DNA from: a virus
Length of the DNA stretch: 42,217 bases
Virus genome (UHGV): UHGV-0267411
Direction: 5' to 3' (one strand)
The notes beneath the pieces are model-generated. The model was not told the DNA's origin. It did not search any database and worked only from the letters and a program-made list of their open reading frames with translations. Made by a program: the position numbers and the translations under genes. The first letter of the stretch is position 1; the number at the start of each line of letters is the position of its first letter. Shown here piece after piece: positions 1 to 10,241 of the stretch.

Positions 1-3000
1 AAACTTTGAGCGATCGACAAAGCAATCGTCTGAAGCGGCTGGTGATAACTTTGCAACAGGTGTACGTAAAGCTCGTCCGAAAGTGACCAAGGAAATCGAT
101 GCGATGGTGAATGAGATCAACGCCAAGATGGGACAAGCAAAAGCAGCACAAGAAAAGGTTGCTTATCTGAAATCACAAAGGCAAACGGCATCCAGTCAAG
201 GAGATACAGGGAAAGTCGTTAAATACGATGAACAAATCGCTCGAGCGCAAGCTCAGATGACAAAATTCCAAGATCAGGCTAAAGGCATGGGTAATACAAT
301 CAAACGTGAATTAGACGCTGTTCCATCTTCCTTGGAAAATATAACAAAAGGCATGAACCAAAACGAAGCCCAAATTGAAGCGATGCGAAAACGAATTCGG
401 ACGTTGAAGGCGGAGTACAATGATCAACGTGTGCCAACTGGCAGCTTTACATCTGGATTCAAGAATTATGAAGATACTCCTCAATCACTGAAAACATCTG
501 GCGAGATCCAAAAGCAATCTATCAAGATGAATAAGCTGATTAGCGACAACGATCGATTACAAAAGGAATACGCACAAACAGAAGACCGCGCAGACGCACT
601 GAGAAAGGCGCTACAGCGTGTTAATTCTGCATTAGGGCAATCATCTATCCAAACGGGCAACGCTTCTAGCGGCGCTAGTATGACAGGTACAGGATTGAAA
701 CAATCTGAACGGGCTGTTTCTAAATATGGCGGTGTATTCAACCGCATGTCCAATGCTGTTTCTCATGGATTTGGGAGTGTCGGGAATGGCTTAAAGAACT
801 CTCTTGGGTTTATTGGAAAGTTCGGAAGTCTATTTTCTAGTAACTCCAATAAAGTAACGGCCGGAACAAACAGAATGACTGGAAGCACAAATGCTTTTGG
901 CCAGTCAATGAAATACTTACTGCCTTCATTAGTTGTTTATCAACTATTAGGCGGTGCAATCACCAAAATGGCCAGCGGTATGATGTCAGCTTTGAAAACA
1001 AACGATCAATTCAGTAATTCATTGAATCAAATCAAAGTTAATCTGATGACTGCTTTCTATCCAATCTATACTGCAATCTTGCCAGCGCTAAATGCTCTTA
1101 TGAGCACCGTAGCACAACTGACAGGGCAGCTTGCTTCATTTATTGCAATGTTATTCGGGACAACCTATGACGCGGCAAAACAAGGCGCTAGTGGACTGTA
1201 TGACAATATCCAAGCGTTAAACGATACTGGTTCATCAGCAAGTAAAGCAAATGAGAAAGTCAAAAAGCTGCAACGATCGTTAATGGGATTTGATCAAATC
1301 AACAAGCTAACGATGAATACTGATGATGCAAAGAAAGAAGATCCTGCTCCTGGTATTGATTTTGGGTCTGCAACTGGTAACTATTCTACGCCTAAATGGA
1401 TGAAAGACATTCAAAACATATTGAAGGATTTCTTCAAACCTTTCCAAGACGCATGGAAAAACCAAGGTCAAAAAGTCATTGATGCTTGGAACTATGCGCT
1501 AGGCGAGGTTATTGGTCTTGCTTCAGCAATTGGTAAGTCCTTTATGGAAGTGTGGACGAATGGAACTGGACAGAGGTTTATCGAAAACATCCTTATTCTT
1601 TTGGTGGATGTACTAGGAATCATCGGCGATATAGCTGGTGCGTTTAAGCGAGCATGGGAAGATAATGGGCGAGGTACCCGATTAATCCAGTCTTTCTTTG
1701 ATATGTTTAACCGCATTCTAGAATTGATCCATGAAATCGCTGATGCCTTTAGAAACGCTTGGAACGATGGCCGTGGAGAAAGTATAGCTGCCAATATTCT
1801 TGAAATCTATACGAATATCTTCAACACGATCGGCAACATAGCTGAACAGTTGAAGAAAGCTTGGAAAGAGGGCAAGGTTGGGGAGTCTATTTTCGGCACT
1901 ATTCTTGATGCAGTAGATGATTTGCTAGGCAATATAAACGACATGACCAAAGCGACTGAAAATTGGGCAAAGAATCTTGATTTCACACCATTACTCAAAG
2001 CTATAGATGGGTTATTCAAATCGATTCGTCCTATCCTGAAAAATGTTGGCGATGGGCTTGAGTGGTTGTATAAAAACGTATTGTTGCCACTGGCAAGTTT
2101 TTACATTGAAGACTACGTGCCCAAATATTTTGATTATCTATCAGCTGCTCTAGATGTGCTGAACCAAGTGATTGAGATTTTCAAACCAATCTTTAAATGG
2201 TTCTGGGATGTCGTTATTGTTCCTCTTGCTCAGGTGGCTAAATTCCTGATTATTGGACAAATTGAACTCTTGACAAAAGGGTTAGAATTCCTTGCTGGTG
2301 TGTTAGAAAAAGTTGCTAACGCAGTTAAGAATCCTAAAAAAGCGATTGGTGAATTGAAAGATGTCATAGATGACAAGTTTGGCAGCATCATGACTTTTGT
2401 TTCTGATACTTGGGGAAATGTTCAAAAATGGACCAGTGATACTTGGGCCAACGCCAAGAAAACTGTTTCGGAAAAAGCTTCTGATATTTGGAAGAATGTT
2501 AGCGGACGATGGAGTGACATCAAGAAGAATACCAAAGAAACTTGGGATACTTTTACTACAGATGTATCAAACAAAGCAAGAACTGCTAAGGATAATGCAT
2601 CTAATCGATTACAGGAACTTAGAACGAATATTTCTGATCGATGGAGTAACGTCAAAAAGAATACCGTTGAAAAGTGGAATGAGATTCAAGATAAAGTTAC
2701 AACAGCAGCAGGTAATGCAAAAGCAAAAGCAAGCACAGCGTTTTCTAATCTTAAGACTAGCATGGGCGGATCTTTTGAAACAATGAAGAAAAATGCTTCT
2801 GAAGCTTTCGATAAAATCACTGGTTGGGCTACAGGACTTGGCGAAAAGATTGGTAAAGGCTTGGGAGATGGTGTTAAGTCTGTTAAAGAAGGCGCAGGCA
2901 AAATTTTCAATGGCATGGTCGGCGTTATCGGAAAAGGTGTTAACGGTGTTATCAGTGGCATTAACTGGGTTTTAAGCAAAGTAGGGGCAGGAGGCAGCGC

Positions 3001-4669
3001 TCTGAAGAAATGGACCATTCCTACTTATGCTAAAGGTACTGGGTATCATCCAGGAGGACCTGCTTTAGTAAATGATGGTTTAGGAGCTAATTATCAAGAA
3101 GCTTATCGGACACCTGATGGACGTACTGGTATCTTTCCAGCGCAAAGAAATCTGATGGTTAACCTTCCAAAGGGAACATCCGTCTTGAGTGGTCCCAAAA
3201 CCGCTGCAATGTATGGCGTACCTGCTTACGCAAACGGTGTAGGTGAATGGTTAAAAGAGAAATGGGATGGTGCAAAAGAGATCGCATCGGATATTTGGTC
3301 TTATGCATCAAATCCTAAAAAACTTTTAAATGCAGCAATTTCGAAATTTGTAGATTTAAAAGGTGCTGTTGAACCGGCTTTGTCGATGGCTAAAGGTTCC
3401 GTGGGTACGATTGCGGAAGGATCTTATGAATGGTTTAAATCGAAGTTCGATGCAGGTTATGAAGCACAAAATAGTTCGTTTGATGGATCAATGGGGAGTT
3501 GGGGTGTATACAAATACCTATATGATATCGCTAGAAAAACTGTCGATCGATATCCTGGTATGAGAATCACTTCTGGGTTTAGACCAGGTGATCCACATTC
3601 CCACGGAAAGCATCAAGCAATTGATGTTGCCTATCCAGCCAGTATGAACGGATCTTCGAAATACTTTGCTCCAGCGAACTGGGTGTTTGATAACTTTGCT
3701 TCAAAAGTAGCTTATGTAATCACTCAAGGTAAAGTTCGAGACCGAAAAGGAATGTCTGGTACTGGATCAAGCGGAAGTTGGGTAAGATGGCCGCAGAATG
3801 ACCACTACGATCATTTGCATATCAACGGCTCACTCGGAGCAAGCGACATAGACAAGAATGCTTCGTTTGGTGCATCTGGAGGTGCAGCAGTTGCTGGTCA
3901 GTATGGTTCATCAGTAGAAAGATGGCGATCGACTGTCAATAGCGCATTGAACAAACTAGGGATTTATTCACTAGCCAATGCAAATCGCACGCTTTACCAA
4001 ATGAAGACTGAATCAAACGGTAATCCTAACGCTATCAACAATTGGGATATCAACGCCAAAAATGGCACACCTTCTAAAGGGTTGATGCAAGTTATTGATC
4101 CAACCTTTAGAGCGTATGCACGTAGTCCGTACAACAAGAATATTTGGGATCCAATGTCTAATATCTTGGCATCTATGAGATATGCTTTGAGTCGTTACGG
4201 GTCGCTTGCGTCAGCGTACAGAGGTGTGGGCTATGAGAATGGCGGACTAGTTACTCAAGACGGTTTATATCGTATGGGAGAAGGCAATAAGAAAGAGATG
4301 GTCATTCCGTTAGAGAGACCTCAACGTGCTGCTGAATTGATCCAACAAGCTGTTGAGTATCTTGGACTTGATATGTTCAACTCAAGCCTTGTTTTGCCAG
4401 AAATGTTCACAGAACCGGCAAGTGTATCTAGCATGTCTTCAAGTTTCAACAACCAAAGCGCACCTTCTCAATCGATGGGAACAGATGAGCTTTATCGCAT
4501 TCTATTGATGTTGTTGAATCGTCCAGGTAATGGAGGCGGCGACAATTCAACTCCGACAAGGACTGAAGTAAACCTTAAAGTTGATCGTGCTACCTTAGCC
4601 ACAGTTGTACTAGAAGAAATAAAAAAAATTGAGAAACAAACTGGCGTTAATCCAGTAATCGGAAAATAG
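1..4669 (+). CDS. Tail tape-measure protein, C-terminal ~1556 codons (5' part lies at 41994-42217 if the sequence is circular); carries M23-like peptidase and lytic-transglycosylase (SLT) domains
   Basis: Frame is open from nt 2 (N F E R S T K Q... before the GTG at 83) and in phase with the ORF that leaves the window at 42217. Long coiled-coil/Gly-Ala-rich TMP-like sequence. M23 motifs 'HQAID' (HxxxD) and 'DHLHI' (HxH) near nt 3540-3850. SLT motifs 'TESNGNP' and 'GLMQV' near nt 3900-4240. Lies between the tail chaperone genes and the distal tail genes. Confidence 0.85.
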   Translation, partial: NFERSTKQSSEAAGDNFATGVRKARPKVTKEIDAMVNEINAKMGQAKAAQEKVAYLKSQRQTASSQGDTGKVVKYDEQIARAQAQMTKFQDQAKGMGNTIKRELDAVPSSLENITKGMNQNEAQIEAMRKRIRTLKAEYNDQRVPTGSFTSGFKNYEDTPQSLKTSGEIQKQSIKMNKLISDNDRLQKEYAQTEDRADALRKALQRVNSALGQSSIQTGNASSGASMTGTGLKQSERAVSKYGGVFNRMSNAVSHGFGSVGNGLKNSLGFIGKFGSLFSSNSNKVTAGTNRMTGSTNAFGQSMKYLLPSLVVYQLLGGAITKMASGMMSALKTNDQFSNSLNQIKVNLMTAFYPIYTAILPALNALMSTVAQLTGQLASFIAMLFGTTYDAAKQGASGLYDNIQALNDTGSSASKANEKVKKLQRSLMGFDQINKLTMNTDDAKKEDPAPGIDFGSATGNYSTPKWMKDIQNILKDFFKPFQDAWKNQGQKVIDAWNYALGEVIGLASAIGKSFMEVWTNGTGQRFIENILILLVDVLGIIGDIAGAFKRAWEDNGRGTRLIQSFFDMFNRILELIHEIADAFRNAWNDGRGESIAANILEIYTNIFNTIGNIAEQLKKAWKEGKVGESIFGTILDAVDDLLGNINDMTKATENWAKNLDFTPLLKAIDGLFKSIRPILKNVGDGLEWLYKNVLLPLASFYIEDYVPKYFDYLSAALDVLNQVIEIFKPIFKWFWDVVIVPLAQVAKFLIIGQIELLTKGLEFLAGVLEKVANAVKNPKKAIGELKDVIDDKFGSIMTFVSDTWGNVQKWTSDTWANAKKTVSEKASDIWKNVSGRWSDIKKNTKETWDTFTTDVSNKARTAKDNASNRLQELRTNISDRWSNVKKNTVEKWNEIQDKVTTAAGNAKAKASTAFSNLKTSMGGSFETMKKNASEAFDKITGWATGLGEKIGKGLGDGVKSVKEGAGKIFNGMVGVIGKGVNGVISGINWVLSKVGAGGSALKKWTIPTYAKGTGYHPGGPALVNDGLGANYQEAYRTPDGRTGIFPAQRNLMVNLPKGTSVLSGPKTAAMYGVPAYANGVGEWLKEKWDGAKEIASDIWSYASNPKKLLNAAISKFVDLKGAVEPALSMAKGSVGTIAEGSYEWFKSKFDAGYEAQNSSFDGSMGSWGVYKYLYDIARKTVDRYPGMRITSGFRPGDPHSHGKHQAIDVAYPASMNGSSKYFAPANWVFDNFASKVAYVITQGKVRDRKGMSGTGSSGSWVRWPQNDHYDHLHINGSLGASDIDKNASFGASGGAAVAGQYGSSVERWRSTVNSALNKLGIYSLANANRTLYQMKTESNGNPNAINNWDINAKNGTPSKGLMQVIDPTFRAYARSPYNKNIWDPMSNILASMRYALSRYGSLASAYRGVGYENGGLVTQDGLYRMGEGNKKEMVIPLERPQRAAELIQQAVEYLGLDMFNSSLVLPEMFTEPASVSSMSSSFNNQSAPSQSMGTDELYRILLMLLNRPGNGGGDNSTPTRTEVNLKVDRATLATVVLEEIKKIEKQTGVNPVIGK

Positions 4670-4681
4670 GAGGGTGGTAAG

Positions 4682-5044
4682 ATGGCAAACTTAAGTATCA
4701 ATGGGAGCGTGGTCAAGCCACCCAAGACTTTTTCAGCAAGCATTCAAACTATTGATGCTGATTCTACCGGAAGAAACGCCAGCGGGAAAATGATCAGAGA
4801 TATAATCGCAGAGAAAGTAAAGCTTGATATTGCTTGGGGACCACTATCTGATAGTGAAATATCACAAATACTATCAAAAGTATCTGCTGCTTTTTTCTCG
4901 GTTTCATATCCTGATCCGCAAGTTGGTGGAAATACAACTAAAAGATTTTACGTAGGGGACAGGACTGCCGCTTCATATTCTTGGAATGATAAGTTTCAAG
5001 CTATGAAGTGGGAAGGTCTAACCCTAAGTTTTATTGAGGAGTGA
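4682..5044 (+). CDS. Small tail protein (120 aa), possibly a minimal distal-tail (Dit) belt-domain-like protein
   Basis: RBS GGAGGGTGG 6 nt upstream of ATG. Sits immediately after the TMP. Pattern 'ING...GRNASG...W...YVGDR...SW...LTLSF' resembles the Dit N-terminal beta-sandwich, but the protein is far shorter than a typical Dit. Confidence 0.4.
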   Translation: MANLSINGSVVKPPKTFSASIQTIDADSTGRNASGKMIRDIIAEKVKLDIAWGPLSDSEISQILSKVSAAFFSVSYPDPQVGGNTTKRFYVGDRTAASYSWNDKFQAMKWEGLTLSFIEE

Positions 5045-5048
5045 TTAT

Positions 5049-6788
5049 ATGTTGAAATCAAGTATTAAATTCAATGAAGCTTTCGAGAAAAACGAACGTA
5101 AAATTTATGCACGGGTCACTATTAATGATCAGTCATTTACTGAAGCTGATATTTTCAATATAAAATTTGAATCTGGAAGTATAAACGGACCTGGTTATCA
5201 AATCGGGTCTGTTTTTTCTGATTATGTCTCGATAACTTTAGATAAGGTTATCCGTGGAATCAATGAGTTGGATCAAGTGATCGTAGAGTTGGGTATTGAA
5301 CGGGAACAAAAAACAGGTTCTGAAGCAAGAAAATATGTGAATAAGACTAACAAAATGAGAACAGGCGGCTATCTGAATAAGATTTTTTATGAGAACCCAA
5401 TTGAATACGTTCGGTTAGGTACTTTTTTTGTTAGCGAGCATGTAGATGTTGACGAGAACGAAAAAACAACAACTATAAATTGTATGGACTCAGTTTTGTT
5501 TCTGGAAGGCACATACAATCCAACGGTAACTTTCCCAGCCAAGCTATTTGATGTAGCCGCAGATGCGTGTTATCAAGCAGGTGTTGCTATGGATGTAGAA
5601 ACATTCTTACAACTGCCAGATAAAACAATCACAACTAAACCAACAGACTTAACCATTAGGCAAATGTTGGGTTATATTTCCCAGTACGTAGCAGGATATA
5701 TCAAGTTTTCTAAATATGATGTACTTCAACTAAAGAGTGGTAGCGATACTGTGAAGATTATCAATACAGATTTGTACTATTCGAAAGGCCTAAGCAAAAA
5801 TGATTTGAAATATAAAATCAGTGGATTGACAAATTCTCCAGCGGGCGATTCGGCTAGTATAACAGTTGGATCTGCCACAGGTAATCAATTAGAAATCGAT
5901 AATCCGTTTGTTAGTAAAGCTGATTTGCAAGATATATTTTCGCTGCTTAGCTCGATTGAGTACTATCCGTTCAATATTGAATGGCGTGGTATCCCTTCGA
6001 TAGAAGCGGGAGATTGGATGATTGTTGAAGATATCGAAGGCAATCAATACAAGATACCTAATTTGAAATACAGTCTTTCCTATAACGGAGGGTTGCGTGC
6101 GACTAGTTCGGCAGAAGCGGAAGCAGTTTCGAACGCAACAACAGCGTATAAGAGCAAAGCTGATTCTGGGGTCAAAGCTGTAGCAGCTCAAGTAGCAAGT
6201 GTTAAAGATGAAATGATCAATAAAGAAAAAATTATTGAACAGATTAATTTATCCGAGGAAAAAGATCCCGACAATAATACATTGCGAATAACCCCCAATA
6301 AAATAAGAATCAGTATGAATACTGAAATTGATGATAATTCTATTGAGGGAGAAAAAATCAAAGAGGTAAAAGCCGATAAACTTGTTGGGGAATATAGTGG
6401 CGATGAGTTGAAGGTTAGCTTCGATGATCAGTCTGTTGAAACTAAGATTAACGATAAAAACAAAGTTATGTTGTCAAACGGTATGATTTCTCTGCATAAC
6501 GCTGGAGAAATTATTTCAAATTTATCTGCAGACCAAATAAGGAACCCAGTTATATTCGATAGTGATTTAGCGATACAAGCTATAAAAAACACCGATGTAG
6601 TTTCGTTTGAGTATTTGGTAAATGGATATAGCAGCTTAGGGATATTGCTTTCTAATGAGTTCGTAGCAGACAGCTCGATTATAGATTTAGACGGAACTGT
6701 TTCCGAATCTAGATTAATATATTTACTTTTTTCAGCTATTAAAAATTTAGAAATAAGAATATCAGAACTTGAAGGAGCAGATGCATAA
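5049..6788 (+). CDS. Tail tip protein (Tal/Dit-family tail protein), 579 aa
   Basis: Start chosen at ATG 5049 with RBS GAGGAG 8 nt upstream (the ORF track start at 5034 overlaps the upstream stop). Position TMP - small protein - this - RBP. No enzymatic motif seen. C-terminal coiled coil. Confidence 0.5.
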   Translation: MLKSSIKFNEAFEKNERKIYARVTINDQSFTEADIFNIKFESGSINGPGYQIGSVFSDYVSITLDKVIRGINELDQVIVELGIEREQKTGSEARKYVNKTNKMRTGGYLNKIFYENPIEYVRLGTFFVSEHVDVDENEKTTTINCMDSVLFLEGTYNPTVTFPAKLFDVAADACYQAGVAMDVETFLQLPDKTITTKPTDLTIRQMLGYISQYVAGYIKFSKYDVLQLKSGSDTVKIINTDLYYSKGLSKNDLKYKISGLTNSPAGDSASITVGSATGNQLEIDNPFVSKADLQDIFSLLSSIEYYPFNIEWRGIPSIEAGDWMIVEDIEGNQYKIPNLKYSLSYNGGLRATSSAEAEAVSNATTAYKSKADSGVKAVAAQVASVKDEMINKEKIIEQINLSEEKDPDNNTLRITPNKIRISMNTEIDDNSIEGEKIKEVKADKLVGEYSGDELKVSFDDQSVETKINDKNKVMLSNGMISLHNAGEIISNLSADQIRNPVIFDSDLAIQAIKNTDVVSFEYLVNGYSSLGILLSNEFVADSSIIDLDGTVSESRLIYLLFSAIKNLEIRISELEGADA

Positions 6789-9383
6789 ATGGTTTATCAA
6801 AGACATTATTGGAATGATTATGACGAAAATAAAACAGAAACACAGAATATAGAATCTGGCGCGGTTGTTACTACGGAAAAATTAAATGAAATTGAGGCAG
6901 GAATAGTGTCAAATCAAATTGACATGGATCGAAAAAAAGCTGACAAAAGCTACGTTGATTCTATGCTTTCCTCAATTGCGCAAGGTGGTCCCAGAGAAAT
7001 TTTCTATTCACTGGACGCATTGAAGAGCAAGTATCCTACAGGATCTGAAGGAACATATCTTGTTTTCGATAGTTCTCTGACTGATGGTGCGCATTCTTAT
7101 ATTTGGGATAAAGCTGCTAGCAATTGGAAAGACCTTGGCATCTATCAAGCAATGGCTATTCCGGAAAAAGTTATACGTGAGATTAATTTAAATTCAGATT
7201 TTTCGAATGTTCTATTAACACAAGGAAAAAACCTATTAAAAAACACAACTTTTCAAAATGGAACCAATAGTTGGGCTAGCTCTTCAACTCCAAGTGCTAC
7301 ATTATCTGTTGATCAAAACCAACAAACACTTACCAGCACAGGTACTGGAACAAACGCTAATGTAATGTTTTATCAAAACTTGGACACTGTTGATGTAAAA
7401 AAAGATCATACTTATTACTTTTGTTCGCTTGGATATGTAACAAATAGTAATTGTGATGAGATCAGGGTAGATTTCTGCAACAATACATTTTCGTTTTTAA
7501 AACCAGCTGCTAATCAAATTTATCGGTTGCAAGGCATACAAAAATTAATCACAGAAACCTATCGCTCAATGAACACACGTCATATTTATGCAGATGCGAG
7601 CACTGCTTCTGGAAAGGCACTAGTGATTAGTAGACCGATCGTTGTAGACTTAACGGATATTTTTGGTAGTGGAAATGAGCCGACATTAGAAGAATGCACA
7701 TGGTTATTTGAAAACTATGCGGAGTATTTTGAAGAAGGGAAAGTGTTCTTTTCAGTGTCAGAAACAGTGACTAAAAAAATATTGGAGTCAACACAAAAAA
7801 TATCTGCTTTGAACGAAGGAGTGGATTTGTCAAAACTAGTCTTAAACAATCTATTTCCTAATGCAAGATTGAACAACTCTAGTTATTGGGTAACCACATC
7901 TGTTCCAGATACAATTATTTCTGCTTCAGACGGAGTTCTAAAACTAATCGGCAATGGATCGGCAAATACACAAAGAGCTTTCGTAAATTACCATTTAAAA
8001 GACGGCAATGCCTATTACTTAAGAATGATAGTTAGAACAAGAAGTGCGTGCCAAAAGATTAGAATTAGTCAGAATGCGACAGAGATAATGGCTATTGATA
8101 ATCCTGTAGTTGATCAATGGTATGAACTAAAAGTGTTATCCGACGAGTTATCGGAGAATAGTATTTATATTCGTGCTAACTATGATACAGCTGAAAGTGC
8201 CAACGGATCGATTATTGAAATGACAAAACCCATTATGATCGATTTAACAAATGATGTGACAAATATTCCAACAATGAGTCAGCTTGAAAATGTTTTTTCG
8301 TACACTGGTGATTGGTTTGCGACAAGTGCCGCAATTAGTAAGAACAAATACACAGTAGCGCTCGTTGAGTCTTTAGATATGAGGCAAGAAACCCAAAATG
8401 CAGCTGAACAGAGTTTGTTTTACAATACCATAAATTCGATTCCGGCTCATGATGGAAGCGAAGCGATTGATATAGAAGAACTCACGACGGATACCTTTTA
8501 TCCTATGTGGGATACTTTGATCAACAGTACGTCCTATCTAGAAAAAGTTATTTTAGGTAAAGACCAATCAAATACTTGGGATATTTGGCAAGTCAAAACG
8601 ATGCCAGTTGCGCCAAAGTACAAACTGCTGATGACTTGTAATGTTCACGGACATGGTCCGGGAGGAGATCCAAGGGATGTTGGTGTAGCATTATATTATT
8701 TCATTAAAGATTTAGTACAAAATACTATAAAAAGTCCACAGCTGGAATGGCTTTACAACAATGTTCAAATGATTTTTATCCCTGTAGCAAATCCGTCGGG
8801 ATTCAATGTGACTGGGCGTTACAACTCAAGAGGAGTAGATATCAATCGCAATTTTGATTACAACTTCCCAGAAAATCCAAGCGCTGTGTTTGGAACTGCC
8901 CCGTTTTCAGAAGTTGAAAGTCAGTATATAAGAGATATGGTTCTAGAAAATCTGGATGCTGATGGCTATGTAGATCTTCATTGTTTTATGAACGATCCTA
9001 TTTCTCTGCTATTTCCTGCATACTCTGGCGACAGAGTGGGGATTGGGTGGAAGACACTGAACGAAGTGGCGATGCACATGACGAAGAAATACGGCGGTTC
9101 TAGGTCAATTGATGTTACTGACACGCCAGCAACAATTCGTAAATGGGTAGAAAATGTAAATGGAATTGAAGCAATTACGCCTGAAGGAACAGTCTATATC
9201 GAAGGAGAGATTCCGCATAGCTCCCTAGGATTAACCAGACTAACTGAGTGGTATGGGAATAATATCTACCGATTTATTTATACTATTCCGTGGAATAAGG
9301 ACTATTTTGTCACTAAAAACGGTTCTAAATTTCGCCAAGTTATTGCGGATGATGGAACAATTAGCACATTATTAATCAACTAA
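6789..9383 (+). CDS. Baseplate/receptor-binding-like tail protein with BppU-like N-terminus and C-terminal M14-like zinc peptidase domain
   Basis: N-terminus 'YQRHYWNDYDE...TTEKLNEIEAGI' is typical of the upper-baseplate/tail-fibre proteins of Gram-positive siphophages. C-terminal region has 'GVDINRNF' (M14 DxNRN motif), 'VDLHCF' (third Zn ligand context) and an atypical 'NVHGHGPGGD' where HxxE is expected. Confidence 0.55.
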   Translation: MVYQRHYWNDYDENKTETQNIESGAVVTTEKLNEIEAGIVSNQIDMDRKKADKSYVDSMLSSIAQGGPREIFYSLDALKSKYPTGSEGTYLVFDSSLTDGAHSYIWDKAASNWKDLGIYQAMAIPEKVIREINLNSDFSNVLLTQGKNLLKNTTFQNGTNSWASSSTPSATLSVDQNQQTLTSTGTGTNANVMFYQNLDTVDVKKDHTYYFCSLGYVTNSNCDEIRVDFCNNTFSFLKPAANQIYRLQGIQKLITETYRSMNTRHIYADASTASGKALVISRPIVVDLTDIFGSGNEPTLEECTWLFENYAEYFEEGKVFFSVSETVTKKILESTQKISALNEGVDLSKLVLNNLFPNARLNNSSYWVTTSVPDTIISASDGVLKLIGNGSANTQRAFVNYHLKDGNAYYLRMIVRTRSACQKIRISQNATEIMAIDNPVVDQWYELKVLSDELSENSIYIRANYDTAESANGSIIEMTKPIMIDLTNDVTNIPTMSQLENVFSYTGDWFATSAAISKNKYTVALVESLDMRQETQNAAEQSLFYNTINSIPAHDGSEAIDIEELTTDTFYPMWDTLINSTSYLEKVILGKDQSNTWDIWQVKTMPVAPKYKLLMTCNVHGHGPGGDPRDVGVALYYFIKDLVQNTIKSPQLEWLYNNVQMIFIPVANPSGFNVTGRYNSRGVDINRNFDYNFPENPSAVFGTAPFSEVESQYIRDMVLENLDADGYVDLHCFMNDPISLLFPAYSGDRVGIGWKTLNEVAMHMTKKYGGSRSIDVTDTPATIRKWVENVNGIEAITPEGTVYIEGEIPHSSLGLTRLTEWYGNNIYRFIYTIPWNKDYFVTKNGSKFRQVIADDGTISTLLIN

Positions 9384-9409
9384 GCACGCTCAATCGAGTG
9401 TGCTTTTTC
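9383..9409 (+). terminator. Rho-independent terminator after the tail gene block
   Basis: Hairpin AGCACGCTC-aatc-GAGTGTGCT (9 bp, one G-T wobble) followed by TTTTT. Confidence 0.5.
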
Positions 9410-9429
9410 ATTTGGAAAGTAGGTGGCAT

Positions 9430-9828
9430 ATGTGGGATAAAACCAGAAGTTTGTGGCTTAGGTTTGCAAGGGTTGTGATTTTGAAGTGGTATAGCATCGG
9501 ACTGGCCGTAGTGAGTTTCTGCTACGGTTTGATTCTGTTTAAGAACCCAGAAATATTAATCAGTTATGAAATGTATGAGACATTAAATGAAATATTTGAT
9601 CAACGTATCATTAGCAGCTCGTTCATGATTCTTGGTGCAATGAAGTTACTTGGTGTGTTCATAAATAATCGGATAATTAAAAGAGTTAGCCTATCGCTTC
9701 TAGTTGGGCTATGGCTAGTATTCAGTACGTCTTTCTTCTTTAATGGACCTCCTAATACAGTAGGAATCTTAACCTTTGGGTATGCTTGGATTGCCCTAGG
9801 TATCGCTGTTAGGGAGGTTTTGGAATGA
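9430..9828 (+). CDS. Multi-pass membrane protein (lysis-cassette associated), 132 aa
   Basis: ATG 9430 with RBS AGGTGG 5 nt upstream (the track start at 9400 lies inside the terminator T-tract). Three to four hydrophobic helices. Confidence 0.45.
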   Translation: MWDKTRSLWLRFARVVILKWYSIGLAVVSFCYGLILFKNPEILISYEMYETLNEIFDQRIISSSFMILGAMKLLGVFINNRIIKRVSLSLLVGLWLVFSTSFFFNGPPNTVGILTFGYAWIALGIAVREVLE

Positions 9829-10241
9829 AGGATAGTTGGTTGGATAGTTGGTTGCCTGTCTTAACAGGGGTGATCGGCATTATAGGAACGACTATTGCGA
9901 ATAGAATAGACTTCCGAAGTGTGGTTCGAAAAGGTGAACTAGAGAATAAGAAGGCTGAGATCGAAAACAAAGATGATGTCTATGCCGGTTGGAAGACTTT
10001 ATACGATGCGCAGTTAAAAGAAAACATTACCTTGAAAGAAGAGTATGAAAAAACTCGTCAACAAGTGTTTGGCCTACAGACTGAATTTAATAAGTTGAAA
10101 ATCAAGCTTGATACAATTGAGCATACATTTGCCGAAAAAGAGCAAGGATATTTGTTGCAAATTGAAAAGTTGGAAACCAAGTGTGATGAGTTAGAAGAAG
10201 AAAATGAGATGCTGAAGCTGCAATTGAAAGGTGGAATTTAG
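9825..10241 (+). CDS. Membrane-anchored coiled-coil protein
   Basis: N-terminal TM segment 'WLPVLTGVIGIIGTTIA' followed by a long charged coiled coil. 4-nt overlap with the upstream gene. Confidence 0.45.
   Translation: MKDSWLDSWLPVLTGVIGIIGTTIANRIDFRSVVRKGELENKKAEIENKDDVYAGWKTLYDAQLKENITLKEEYEKTRQQVFGLQTEFNKLKIKLDTIEHTFAEKEQGYLLQIEKLETKCDELEEENEMLKLQLKGGI

Noticed and set aside
481-3018. Several 60-130 aa ORFs on both strands inside the tape-measure gene (481-753, 1492-1794, 1807-2019, 2397-2786, 2422-2655, 2686-3018 and others)
   Set aside because: They lie wholly inside a long, clearly coding gene. They lack RBS context and have low-complexity or odd composition. Treated as frame shadows.
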